Source: Vicugna vicugna
Taxonomy: Eukaryota
Reading direction: 5' to 3'
Assembly (NCBI GenBank): GCA_013265495.1
Contig: MU061544.1
Location: 1-64,000, forward strand
Length of the DNA: 64,000 nt
The position numbers were made by a program, and so were the translations under genes. The notes under the pieces were generated by a model. That model did no database searches. It was not told the origin of the DNA and was given only the letters and a program-made list of their open reading frames with translations. Position 1 is the stretch's first letter. Each line of letters starts with the position of its first letter. Below are positions 1-11,416 of the stretch, piece after piece.

Positions 1-864
1 CCATGGTCTTCATTATTTGTTACATTTCTAAAGTGCTTTTCTTCCCAGGAAGCTCATTACAAACTGTCTCCTGACCTGATTCAGTTCAACTCCTTTTCAG
101 GGGAACCACCCTTCAAAACGCACCAGAAACAGATCAGAGAGCTTGCAAATCAAGACCCAGAATTGCTTTGCAAGGGTATCGCATTTTATGAAGTGTGACA
201 CCGTTGCTTATCATTCAGGATTCAAATTATTTCAATCCCTTAGGTAAAATATTCACTTTTGGGCTTGAATCAAACTATAGTGGATAAGTTGTAGATTCCT
301 GAGAAAGTGGGCTTCTAATGGAAATGCTGACAAGCCACGAACAGCAGGAAGGCTAATGGCTTCCACTGAAAATACACTTATGGATCACGGTAATAGAAAC
401 ACGTATTTTCAAGTGCCAGCTAAAAGTTCAAGGATTTATTTTATGTTGCTGTTAATAATAGGCTGCCCTATACTTTTGGCATTTGATTTTGTCTCATAAA
501 TGGGCTTAATCCAAGTTAATGCTGTTGCACTACAGCATTTTTCTTCTGCTTGATTTTGAGAGGTTTGGATGTCCCTTGGCAGAATTGTCAGTGCCATTCA
601 TTAAAGGTGAATAATTGGTGTATTCGTAATATCGTGCAATCTTGAATCTAGAAAGGATCACAGCGATCAGCAGATCATCTCCACTCTATCTGCTGGAGGG
701 GAGTGGAGATCTCAAAAGTCACGAGCTAGAGTTTAAACCGGGAAACTGAGCGTCAGGGGGAAGTGACGGCGTGCCTGAGGCCTCAGTGTTTTCTTGCCTG
801 AGCTATTACGATGCCCTTTGGCCTCGTTTCCTTGCCTGTCATCTTTCCTTCTTCCTACCATGTT

Positions 865-1010
865 TTTTTATGATAAAAGTAATAGGCTCATGAGAGAACT
901 ATTAGAAAGTAAATCATAAAAGGAAACTAAAAATCACCTGCAGCCTCATCACCCGGAGTCGTCACTGGTACTGTTTGGGGTACCGCCTGCCTTTTCTCCA
1001 TCTACATGGA
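865..1010 (-). mobile_element. Old LINE-1 (L1ME-like) 3' end fragment
   Basis: ataaaagtaataggctcat...aaaaatcacctgcagcctcatcacccggag resembles the reverse complement of L1ME-type 3' termini; highly diverged. Confidence 0.5.
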
Positions 1011-1020
1011 CACACTTCCT

Positions 1021-3160
1021 TTCATAAAACTGATAGAAACTCGACAACTTGTCACAGAAGGTATTTACCTCAACATAATAAAGGCCTTAAATGACAAGCC
1101 CACAAGTAACATCATACTCAACAGTGAAAAACTTAAAAGCTTTTCCTCTAAGATCATGAGTAAGACTTGGATGTCCACTATAGCCACGTCAGTTCAACAC
1201 AGTATTGGAAGTTCCAGCCAGAGCTATTAGGCATGTAAAAGATACAAAAGGCATCCAAACTGGAAAAGAAAAAACACCTCTGCGTGCAGGGATGACATGA
1301 TTTTATACGAAGAAGCACCCCAAACTCCACACATACACCCAGAATCCTGTTGCAACTAATACAGTAAAACAGAGGATACAAAATCAACATATAAAAATCA
1401 CTTGTTTCTGAACACTAACAACAAACTATCCCCAAAAGAAATTTAAAATTCTCATTTACCATAACATGAAAAAGAATAAAATACTTAGCAATAAACTTAT
1501 CCAAGAAGGTAAAAGACGTTTATACTAAAAACTCAAAACAGTGTTGAAACCAATTAAAGATACGAATAAATCGAAGGATAGCCACGTTCATGGACCGGAG
1601 GGCCTGAAGTTGTTACATGTCCACACCACGCAAGGTGAGCTGTAGAGTCAATGTAATCCCTATCAAAACCCTATGCCAATTTTTTTATTGAGAAAGAAAA
1701 AGCAATCCTAAAATTTATATTGAACCACAAAAGATCCAAATAGCCAAAGAAATAGTGACAAAGAACAAAGCTGCAGGTGTCATATTTCCTGATTTCAAAA
1801 TATACTACAAAAATACAGTAATCAAAACAGTCTATTATTGGTATAAAAACAGAGAGAGACTAATGGAACAGAACAGAATTCAGAAAATAAACGCACACAT
1901 ATATGGTCAACTGCTGTTCAAAAAGGGCACCAGAAGTACACCGTGAGGAAAGGGTAATGTCTTTAACAAATGGTGCTGGGAAAACTGGGCATCTACATGC
2001 AAAAGACTGAAATCTGAAATCTTATGTTTAAATCATTAATCCATTTTGAATTAATTTTTGTGTAAACATAAGATTTCAAACTAAACTCCTAAAAGAATAC
2101 ACAGGAGAAAACCTTGATGGCACTAGTCTTGTCAATGATTTTTTGGATCTGAAAATAAAAGCACAAGCAATAAAAGCAAAAATAGACAAGTGTGACTACA
2201 TCAAACTAAACAAGCTTCTGCACAGCCAAGGAAATAAGAGTAAACGGACAACCTATTGAGTGGGAGAACTATCTGGTAACCGTATCTTCAACATCTAAAA
2301 TATTCAAGTAACTCCTACAACTCAATAGCAAAAAAACAACCTGATTAAAAATGATTAAATAACTTGAGTAGACATTTCCCAAAGAAGATATACAAAATGG
2401 CCATCAGGTATGTGAAAAAATGCTCGCATCACTAACTATGTGGGGAATGCAAGTCAAACCAGAATGAGATATTCTCTCTCACCTTTTGGGACAGCTATTA
2501 AATAAAAAAAAAAGTGTGGCCAATGAAATTGGAAAGAATCCTTTCATACTGTTTGTGGGAATCTAAAATGTAGCCACTATGCAAAACAGTATGGAAGTTT
2601 CTAAAAAAAAAACATGTTTTTTAAAAAAACTACCAGATGACCCAGCAATTCCACTTCTGAATATATATCCAAAAGAGCTCAGAAAAATAACTTCACTTCC
2701 GTGCTCATTGCAGCATTATTCACAATAGCCTAGAAGCAGAAACAACCTATATGTCCATTGATGGACAAATGGATAAAGAAAATGTGGTTATATACATACA
2801 ATGGAGTATTATTCACTGTTTAAAAAAACAAAAGTGAAATCTTACCCTATGTGTCAACATGAATGAACCTGAAAAACATAATGCTAAGTTAAATAAGACA
2901 GTCACAGAAGGACAAATACTGACTGTTTGAACTTTCACGAGGTTTCTAAAATGGTCGAACTCATAGAAACAGAGCAGAATGGTGGTTGCCAGGGGCTGGC
3001 AGGAGTGGGAAATTGGGAGTTGCCATTCAATGAACATGAGCCTTATTATACAAGATAAGCTGCTGTACCAGATTGTGCCTATAGTTCATACTTTTTTGTG
3101 CACTTAGAAGTTTATTATGAGGCTCACTCTATTTTAAGTGTTCTTACCACAATAAAAATT
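1021..3160 (+). mobile_element. 5'-truncated LINE-1 (L1MA/L1MB-class): decayed ORF2 RT/C-terminal region plus 3' UTR
   Basis: ORF track peptides EGIYLNIIKALNDKPTSNIILNSEKLKSF and PDFKIYYKNTVIKTVYYWYKNR are L1 ORF2 motifs; ends ttaagtgttcttaccacaataaaaa; many stops and frameshifts. Confidence 0.93.
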
Positions 3161-3180
3161 GTAAGAATTTTGAAAAAATA

Positions 3181-3320
3181 ATGCATTGATACTGGTTCAT
3201 TAGTTGTGACAAATATAACAGTAATATATTGACAAGGAGTAACTCAGGGGTGTTTGGGAAATCTTTGTAACGTCTTTCAACTTTCTTCTAACTATATAAG
3301 TATTCTAAAATAATTTTAAA
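3181..3320 (+). mobile_element. L1MC-like 3' terminal fragment
   Basis: ttgatactggttcattagttgtgacaaat...gggaaatctttgtaac...tattctaaaataa resembles L1MC 3' ends. Confidence 0.5.
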
Positions 3321-4431
3321 TGAAAAACAAAACTCCTCAAGTATAAATAATTTTAACATTATGATTGAGGGATTTAAAAAATATCTTACCACTTCATTAT
3401 ATAAAAATTTGCAAAAATTTTTCAATAGTTGAGCTAACAAAATGAGTATTTTATTTTAAAATTATAGAATAGGTGTGTCTCTTCTCAATCCAAACAAAAT
3501 GGTTACTGGAAGTTTAACTATAATTTCCCATGGCTCATGATAGCATATTGCTTTTCTGTAAGAAAATAATGTGTTTGTCTGTAGATTTTACTCAAATAAG
3601 CAAATAAGCAAAGAGCAGTATTTCTGTATAATTGAAAACAAGTGTAAATTTAAAATACAAATAATGGAAATTCAGAATCATTCCCTCCAACTCACAGTGC
3701 CATCTAATACACACTTTTGAAACCTAAGAAATGTTCGGTTCTTAGAAGAGAAGCTAATCCACTGATTACGGGTTAGGTGTCTCTGGCTCTACATTATTCA
3801 TCATATGTAGACAAGAAGGCCATAGGGTTTCACCTAGTCCCGTACAGTCAATATACTTAAAACTTAACATTTGAATATAGAAATTGGAAGTCCCAAACAA
3901 CCGCAGTATAGGAGAGTGACATATGACTGAAGACTGGAGACACGCTGACGTTCTACATAACTTAACATGTATTGTTTAACTTCTAAATGTCCTTCATTTC
4001 AGCAGTTACATCAGAACAGTCCTGTGAGGTTGGAGGAGCTGGTCCTACCATCTACTGATGCTCACTTCGCCACTTCCGTTCTGTGAGCCAGGATACTCAG
4101 TCACCTGTCCACAGTTCCCCAGCTAGCAGGGGCCGAGTTAACAGTTAAGGCCCATACCCTCTAGTTCTTAAACTAGAGGTCTTTTCAAGGCAACATCTAC
4201 TTTACGGTGGCGCAGGAGGGAGGCTTTGAAAAAATCAATGGGAAAAATTTGTTTCAGCAGATATAAAAGGGTCTAACCACATTTTTGAGCATAAATCGAT
4301 TTTGACTGCATTTGAGTTTAGAAATACAAGTTTCAATTGAAAATGTTTTGTTTTTCAGCCAAGACGACTTAAAGAAACCAACAAAACAATAACAGCTTTC
4401 AAAAATCAAGAATAAAGCATGTTTTCTTAAA

Positions 4432-4831
4432 AAAAATTGAACTATAGTTGATGTATACCTGTAACATATAATATTGCACAACATAGTGATTCACACTGTT
4501 TAAACGCTGTATTCCATTTAGTTATTTAAAATGCTGGCTCTATTCCATGTGTTGTCCAAGGTATCTGCAGCTTATTTTACGTGACAGTTTTCCCTACTGA
4601 TCTCCTGCCCCTCCCCCTCCCCCTCCCCATTGATAACCACTAGTTTGTTCTCTCTTCCTGTGAGTCTGTTTCTTTTTGGTTACACTCACTAGTTTTTCTT
4701 TGTAATTTTTTAGATTCCACATATAAGTGATATAATACAGTACTTGCCTTTGTCTGTCTGGCTTATTTCACTTAGCATAATCCCCTCCAGTCCATTCATG
4801 TTGCTGCAAATGGCAAGACTTCATTCTTTTT
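4432..4831 (-). mobile_element. LINE-1 3' UTR fragment
   Basis: ttagattccacatataagtgat...ttatttcacttagcataat...catgttgctgcaaatggcaa is an antisense L1 3' end; ataaccactagtttgttctct pairs with the 3' UTR at about 56370. Confidence 0.9.
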
Positions 4832-4989
4832 AAGATAAAACAAGTTTTAATGCACTTTTTATAAACTAAAATTTGTTTCCATTTGCATCCCAGACCCTCA
4901 ACTACTGATATAAAAAGTGGGTATTAGTACTAACAATCAGCACTCATACTTACCATATATATTTTCAGGAATTTTAGTCTCAACATTTC

Positions 4990-5125
4990 TCTTTGTAGTA
5001 GGCTCCGATACTTTCCAATTATACAGATGAGAAACCCAAAGAAAGCGTAAGATCACTTAAATAACTTTCCTAAGCTGACAGCTGATAAATGTCACCCCCT
5101 ATATTCAAATGGCTGTGACTATAGA
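4990..5125 (-). mobile_element. MIR fragment
   Basis: ccaattatacagatgagaaac...ttaaataactttcctaagctgacagct matches the MIR core in antisense. Confidence 0.6.
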
Positions 5126-6563
5126 CGTCTCCTGGGCTTTGGTGCTACGTCAGACTCCAACACTGACGTAGGATGTACATGTCACAGTGAAAGAACTGCA
5201 ACATTCACTCATTCATTACTACACTCGTCACTCCACTGTTACAGAATACTAGAGAGAAAAAGGAATAACAAAGTTTGTCATTGCCAAGTAGCCTATAAGC
5301 TTAAAATTACAACTTTCAATAATTATTTAATACAATAGGTAATTTTCCTGTCACTTCTAAGGAAGGAAACATTTTAGATATTTTTCTTTGTAACTACGGT
5401 AGCAAGTTGCTGTAGTTAACTACCATTAATTTAGACACTACCATGATTTTGAATATTACCCCATTAAAATAGGAGTGAATGATGGAACTACCATGTGACA
5501 AATAAAAATGAAATAAATCACTTGTGAAAAACAAGTATAACTTTTCATTTTGAAGAAAACACACTTCACTCACATTTATACATTTCTAAGGGTTTGAGAA
5601 CTTAAAAGTTTCTGTCAAAGAGCTGTAAACTTCTGGAAAGTAATACATAAAGATTGATCGTCAGGAATACAGCTGTGGAATTAGTACATAGTTAGCATTA
5701 GTAATTTTCACATGAACCTTCAAGTCTTAAGCTCGTATTCTTAGAAGGCCCTTCAATTTTTAAATACCTCTGTTTAAATATTCTTGGCTTTCCTTGCTAG
5801 ATTTAGGACTGCAGGGCAGCTCTGCTCCAAGTCAACAAAACAACAACATATAAAGGAGCTCAGTTGTGTATTGTGTAGACCAGGTGCATAATTAAGTCTG
5901 TGCCTTGGTTGAGCTATTTTGATCTTTCCCCACTGTCTTGTACGGACGCTGTGTGCCAGCATCTGCCCATTTGTCCCTGAAATCTTTCCTGCCATTTAAT
6001 GAACCTTCTCATCTTTTTAGTGTTGTTACGTATTTGACTAAAACATTCTTTGATGCCTAAGTAAACATCGTCTTACTCTGAACAACCAGTACCACCTCTA
6101 CTCAAAAATACACTGATACATACATCTAGTGGAACAAAAAAAAGACTGAAGGTTTCTTCAGGACAGAGTTCTTCTAATAATCTCCTCCTAATTTGGTGTT
6201 GGAGGAAATCTGGCAAAAAATAAAAGCTTCTTTGAAAGTACTTCATTTTGGCCCATCCAAAAACCACAACTGGCATTCACTCTAAGCTCACCCTCAGTTA
6301 TTAGGAATAATACTTATAGCTGATTATGTTAATTGCTTAAAGGGAAATTCGAACAGAGTTTGATAGGGATGGTCATTGACTTAAAGAAGAGCTCTTTGTT
6401 CAGAAGGGAAAAGCAGTTGCAGTTTAATTCAAATGAACGTCATCAGCTGGGGATAGGAAACAGAGAGGCTCACACTAAAATGAAGTAAAAGCATCAGATA
6501 TGTATTAAGGAAAAAGGTATTAAAATTTCATCAGCTAGGAATATCGTCATACTTACTGTATCC

Positions 6564-6870
6564 CAGTGGCGGACCCTCAACTGGCCAGAACTGCCAGAGC
6601 CTCCCTGAGGGCAAGGGCTAGCAGAGCAGTGTCCCAGCCCCACCCTTGGCTCTTCAGCCATGGGGCTGGAATCAGGGTGTGGAAGGGCCGAGCCCTGGGC
6701 CTGACTGCAGTGGGGAAGGTCAGCCCGGCTGGTTCCTTGCCCTGGGCTCCCCACCCCACGTGTATAGTTGGCCCTTGGCCATGAGACCCACATCTCTGCT
6801 TCTCCTCGGGGTTAAGCATTTAAAAAACAAAACAAAACAAAACACAAAACAGCAGCAGAGATACAGTTAC
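6564..6870. other. GC-rich orphan insertion flanked by a 13-bp direct repeat
   Basis: acttactgtatcc at 6551-6563 and 6871-6883; interior visibly GC-rich with an (AAAAC)n tract at 6821-6850. Confidence 0.65.
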
Positions 6871-7223
6871 ACTTACTGTATCCAATACAGGGCAGATGTG
6901 TGTAAACATAGGGTACACCAGTTCACACTTCAGACACTTGTTCCTCTTCCCCCCCCCACCCCGTCCTTTCCTACAGGAGAGAGTTCTGGAGGTGACAAAG
7001 CAACAGGAATCTGATACAGAACATAAGAGACTTGTAGTTTCAAACCAAACTAGCAAGCTGCTGGTGCAGTCACGGTTCTAGGCCCATAGGAAAGATCCGG
7101 TGGCTGTAGTGTTTGAAGGCTGGAGAATCAGAGCTTCAAGAAAATCCTAATATTTTACCTTTAGTAAATAGCATTCATGTTTCTATTGGATTTTCACATT
7201 CTAGGAATAGGTTCCCTTTAAAC

Positions 7224-7676
7224 CAGGAGTTGATCTGGGAACCACAGAAGCACAAGGGCTCTGTGTATAGAATTCAGGAGACCCCTGAACTTGTATGGAA
7301 AACGTATCTTAACTGAAATCTTTTCCTTTTATCATGACTATGTCATAAACCACAGTACTACCAGTAACTATGATTTTGTAAGCAACAGAAGTCACAGGTA
7401 CTATATTGTAGTTGTTATGGATCCGGTAAAATATCTCTTATGGTTATAATGACTTCCCAGTTGCTGTAGTTGTTAAGCCTGCCAATAGATTGTTATTGAA
7501 AGCCTTAAGAAAGAAATGTACATGCCCTTGTACCACATATTTACTATTTTGATGACTGCATTCAAAGCAGCTACATTATAATTCTATGCATTTAATGATG
7601 TTATTCTGAGATAGCATATATACACATTACCAGAAGTCCCAGGAGTTTGTGACTTTTAAAAGGTTAAGGACCCTGG
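7224..7676 (+). mobile_element. MER113-like hAT-Charlie non-autonomous DNA transposon
   Basis: Ends caggagtt... and ...aaggttaaggaccctg; internal gtatagaattcaggagacccctgaacttg and aaaccacagtactaccagtaac; degenerate 8-bp flanks ctttaaac / cgttaaat. Confidence 0.75.
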
Positions 7677-8699
7677 CGTTAAATACCTCAAAAAATTCTA
7701 AGGGTCCAAAAAGGGCTGTAGGCAACCATAGCCGATCCCAGGCTAGACATGGCCCTTAATGCAAGAGTTTGCTTAGTTTGCAATGCAAAGTTGCCAATGA
7801 TTTGAAATAATAATACTGTTATGTATCAGAGATCCGAGTTTTAGCTACTTTGTTGCCATCTGTGGAATTTCCATGTTTCCAGGCATGTCAGAGAATTGTT
7901 AAGTGCTGATAATAAGCAGCACTCTAAATGTATAAGGGACTAAAGGAAGGGGTAGAGTTACAGTGAAACTAGGTGCTGTGAAAATTGTAACTGGGAACTT
8001 AAAGTATCAGCACATATCCAGTGGACCTATGCATACTTACAAGAACATATACACACACGTCCAAGAATTTTAATCCCTCACTGATCTAAATGCAGAATTG
8101 TGGCCACGTGCACAGGAGCCACTCCTGGGTCAATCCCTAGAGCAATGCTTCATCTGCATCTAATTTTCACATATCCTTGACAGTCTGAACTTTAAAATTG
8201 ACATCTTACTCTTAAACTTCTATATATAAAATTGACACTTGAATCTTAAAATTGTACACTTAAAATTGACATTCTATTCTGCTGAACTGGCAGTTTAAGT
8301 TGTTGTGAAAAAAATGCCAATTGGCTTTAAGTTTGTTTTTTTTTTTAAATTTATCTTAGTGTATAGATCATTTGAGGAAGTTTTTCTAATCAAAGGGTTT
8401 TGCCAAATTGTTTTCCAATAAATTTGTTTCTTTGAATTTCAGTGACCAGTGGCCAGCCCAGCACTCAGAGGGAATGACAGCAGTGCTCTGCATGGGCAGG
8501 AGTGCCTGGGAGAGTTATCCAAAGTTTGAGAACAATGCCACAGAGGAACTGGCTAAACATGATCATAATTGTCTTAGCCTAGGTTCACTGCAGAACAGAG
8601 CCTGTGATGAAAGATTTTTGAGTATGAAAAGCTGGAGTACAAGCGAATTGAGACAGGAAAGACAGCAAGTACTGAGGGTATCCAATGCCATTTCTAAAG

Positions 8700-9260
8700 A
8701 AGGCAAAGACCCAGAAGCCAAGCAGAAAGCTGTGCCTCAGAGATGTTAGCAGGCAACAAGGCTTCACAAATAAAAATTGGAGCCAAAACTATCAAGAACA
8801 TGAGCTACAACAAGAAGGGCCAAGTTCCAGAGATGAGAGAACCTAAAAAAGTAAGTATAACACAGCCTCAACAAATTCTAAATCCTAAAGCACACTAATT
8901 ATAAACAAAACCTTAAATAAGTATATTATAATTTAACTGATGAAAAGCAAATATAAAGAGGAAATCTTGAAGGAGGCAGATGAAAAGACATGTTACATTC
9001 ATAAAATAAGATTTAAAGTTGATTTTTAAATAGAAAATATGAAAGCCATGAAACAATGGAATGCCATTTTCATAATAGAAACAGCTAATCTGAAATTCTC
9101 TACCCATTTAAAAATCTTCCAAAAGGAAGATGAAATTTATATTTAGATCTATAAAAGAAATGGGACAGCTCATGACCAGCAGAGCTGCCTTATATAAGCA
9201 AAGGGACTTCTTCAGGCAGAATAAAAATCATCTTAGGTAGAAGCCTTTGTTCCTGGAAAT
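8700..9260 (+). mobile_element. Ancient LINE-1 (L1M/L1ME-like) ORF1 3' half, decayed
   Basis: aaagaggaaatcttgaaggaggcag, atgaaagccatgaaacaatggaatgccattttc, accagcagagctgcctta, cttcttcaggcagaa are typical late-ORF1 segments; boundaries approximate. Confidence 0.7.
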
Positions 9261-9364
9261 GTAGGAACAAAGGAAGAAAATAGCAAAGGATTAAGAGGTT
9301 TTTAATATAAATTAATATAAAACATAAACAATGCTCATCATGTCTTAAATCTTTAAATATGTGT

Positions 9365-10462
9365 CAAATGATGCTACACATCATACATTAGCAGGGAAAT
9401 GCAAATTAAAACAAAAAGAGGGAGGGTATAACTCACTGATAGAGCACATGCTTAGCATACATGAGGTCCTGGGTTCAATCCCCAGTACCTTCATTAAAAA
9501 AAAAAAAACTTTAAAATTAACACAATATTATAAACCAACTATAAATTTAAAAACAATGAGATACTACTACATATTTATTAGAATGGCCAAAATCCAGAAT
9601 ACTGACACCACAAAATGCTAGGGAGGATGTGGAACAATAGGGAACACTCATTCATTGATGGCTGGAATATAAAATGGTACAGCCACTTTGGAATTCAGTT
9701 TGGCAGTTTGTTATAAAACCTAAACATATTCCTACCATATGATCCAGCAATTGTACACCTTGGTATTTACCCAAAGGAGTTGAAAGCTTATGTCCATACA
9801 AAAACCTGCACATGGATGTTCATAGCAGCTCTGTTCGTACTTGTCAAAAGTTAGAAGCAATCAAGATGTTCTTCAGTAGGTGAAAGGATAAACTGTGGTG
9901 CATCTGGATGATGAAATATTATTCAGTGCTTAAAAAAAAAAAGACCTATTAAGCCATATCTAAGCCATGTCTAAGCCATGTCGGAAAATTAAATGCATAT
10001 TACTAAGTGAAAGAAGGCAATCTGAAAAGTCTGCAAAGTTTATGATTCCGAGTATATGACAATCTGGAAAAGGCAAAACTACGGAGACAGTGAAAAAAAA
10101 CCATCAGTTGCCAAGGTTTGAGGGGGAGGGGGGGATAAATAGGTGGAGCACTGATAATTTTTATGGCAATGAAAAAATGCTGTATGATACCATAATGATG
10201 GATGTATGCTGTTATACAGTTGCTCAAACTCATACAGTGTACAACACCAAGAGTGAACTATAATGTAAACTATGGACTTCAGTGATGATGGATGATGATA
10301 AGTCATCATAGGTTTATCCTTGGTAAAAAGTGTATCATGGTGGTGAGTGATGTTGGTAACAGAGGAGGTTGTAGGCATTTGTGAGGGCAGGGATTATAAA
10401 GAAAATCTCTTTACCTTTCCCTCAGTTTTGCTATGAAGCTAAAACTATAAAAAATAAAGTCA
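9365..10462 (+). mobile_element. L1MC1-like 3' end (ORF2 tail plus 3' UTR), interrupted by a SINE
   Basis: agaatggccaaaatccagaatactgacacc, tacccaaaggagttgaaagcttatgtcca, acaacaccaagagtgaactataatgtaaactatggact, ends aaaaaataaagtc. Confidence 0.88.
9418..9508 (+). mobile_element. tRNA-derived SINE (vic-1-like, short form)
   Basis: A-box-like taactcactgatagagc and B-box gggttcaatccc, poly(A) at 9496-9508. Confidence 0.9.
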
Positions 10463-10529
10463 ATTTGTATAAACAATTACAGAAAAATTTGAGGCAAAAA
10501 GGGTACCAGAAGATTGACTACTTAAACAC

Positions 10530-11416
10530 TATGTAACAGAAAACTGATGTAACAATATTTAGGTCAAAGTGGACTTTAAAGCAAGATTCACTACTAAAGG
10601 CAAAGAGGAATTTCTCATAATGATAAAAGAGCCAATCTATCAGGATATATGAGTCTAAATTCAAATGAATCTAGTAACATAGTTTCAAAAAAGGTAAGGC
10701 AAAAAACAAAGAGAAATAAACTAATCAACAAACAGATTTTAATACACCTTTTATAGTAAATTAGTAAGGATGCAGAGTAATAGTTCTGATTTAGCAGACA
10801 TATATAAAATGCTGTAACTAACAAATTCTAGAATATATATTGCTTGAAGTGCTCTTGGAACATATACTCAAATTGACCATGGATCATAAAGCAAACCTCA
10901 AAAATTTTGAAAGGATTGACAGAGTCTGAGTATTCTCTCTGACCACAGTGGAATAAAACCAATAACAAAAGCAAAGATAAAGCAAAGATATCCCTAAGTG
11001 TTTGTAAATTAGGCAGTATACTCCTAAATAATCCATGGGTGAAAGAAGAATCATAATCATACTTAGAAAACATTTTAATAACAAAAACATGACAGAAAAT
11101 CATGAGGAATGCAGTTAAAGTTGTGCTCAGAGTAGCTATAGACTTAAATCCATATATTTAAAATGAAAAAATGTGCAAATTCATTGATTTAATCTTCCAT
11201 TAACCAATGAACCCAAACAAAACACAACCTAAACCCACTGAGTAAGAGAACAGATAATATACATGAGAAATTAATAAAATATAAATCAATAGAATAAACA
11301 AAAGTCAAAATTTTGTTCTTTAGACTACTTAGGAACGTTGTAAACTCTCAAAAGTGTCATGATTAAAAAAAAAAAGCTAAAAGGCAGAAATTACCATTAT
11401 CAGAAATCACTGGCAT
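10530..11416 (+). mobile_element. Ancient LINE-1 ORF2 endonuclease region, decayed (continuation of 8700-9260)
   Basis: caaagtggactttaaagcaag, ctcaaattgaccatg, ttctctctgaccacagtggaataaaac (SDH motif region), ctcctaaataatccatgggtgaaagaagaa. Confidence 0.8.

Noticed and set aside
677..710. 10-bp inverted repeat atctccactc / gagtggagat as a structured RNA
   Set aside because: Too short for a pre-miRNA and plausible by chance in 64 kb
6494..7014. Overlapping ORFs in the GC-rich patch as a coding exon
   Set aside because: Open frames on both strands reflect GC content; no recognisable protein and no convincing splice sites
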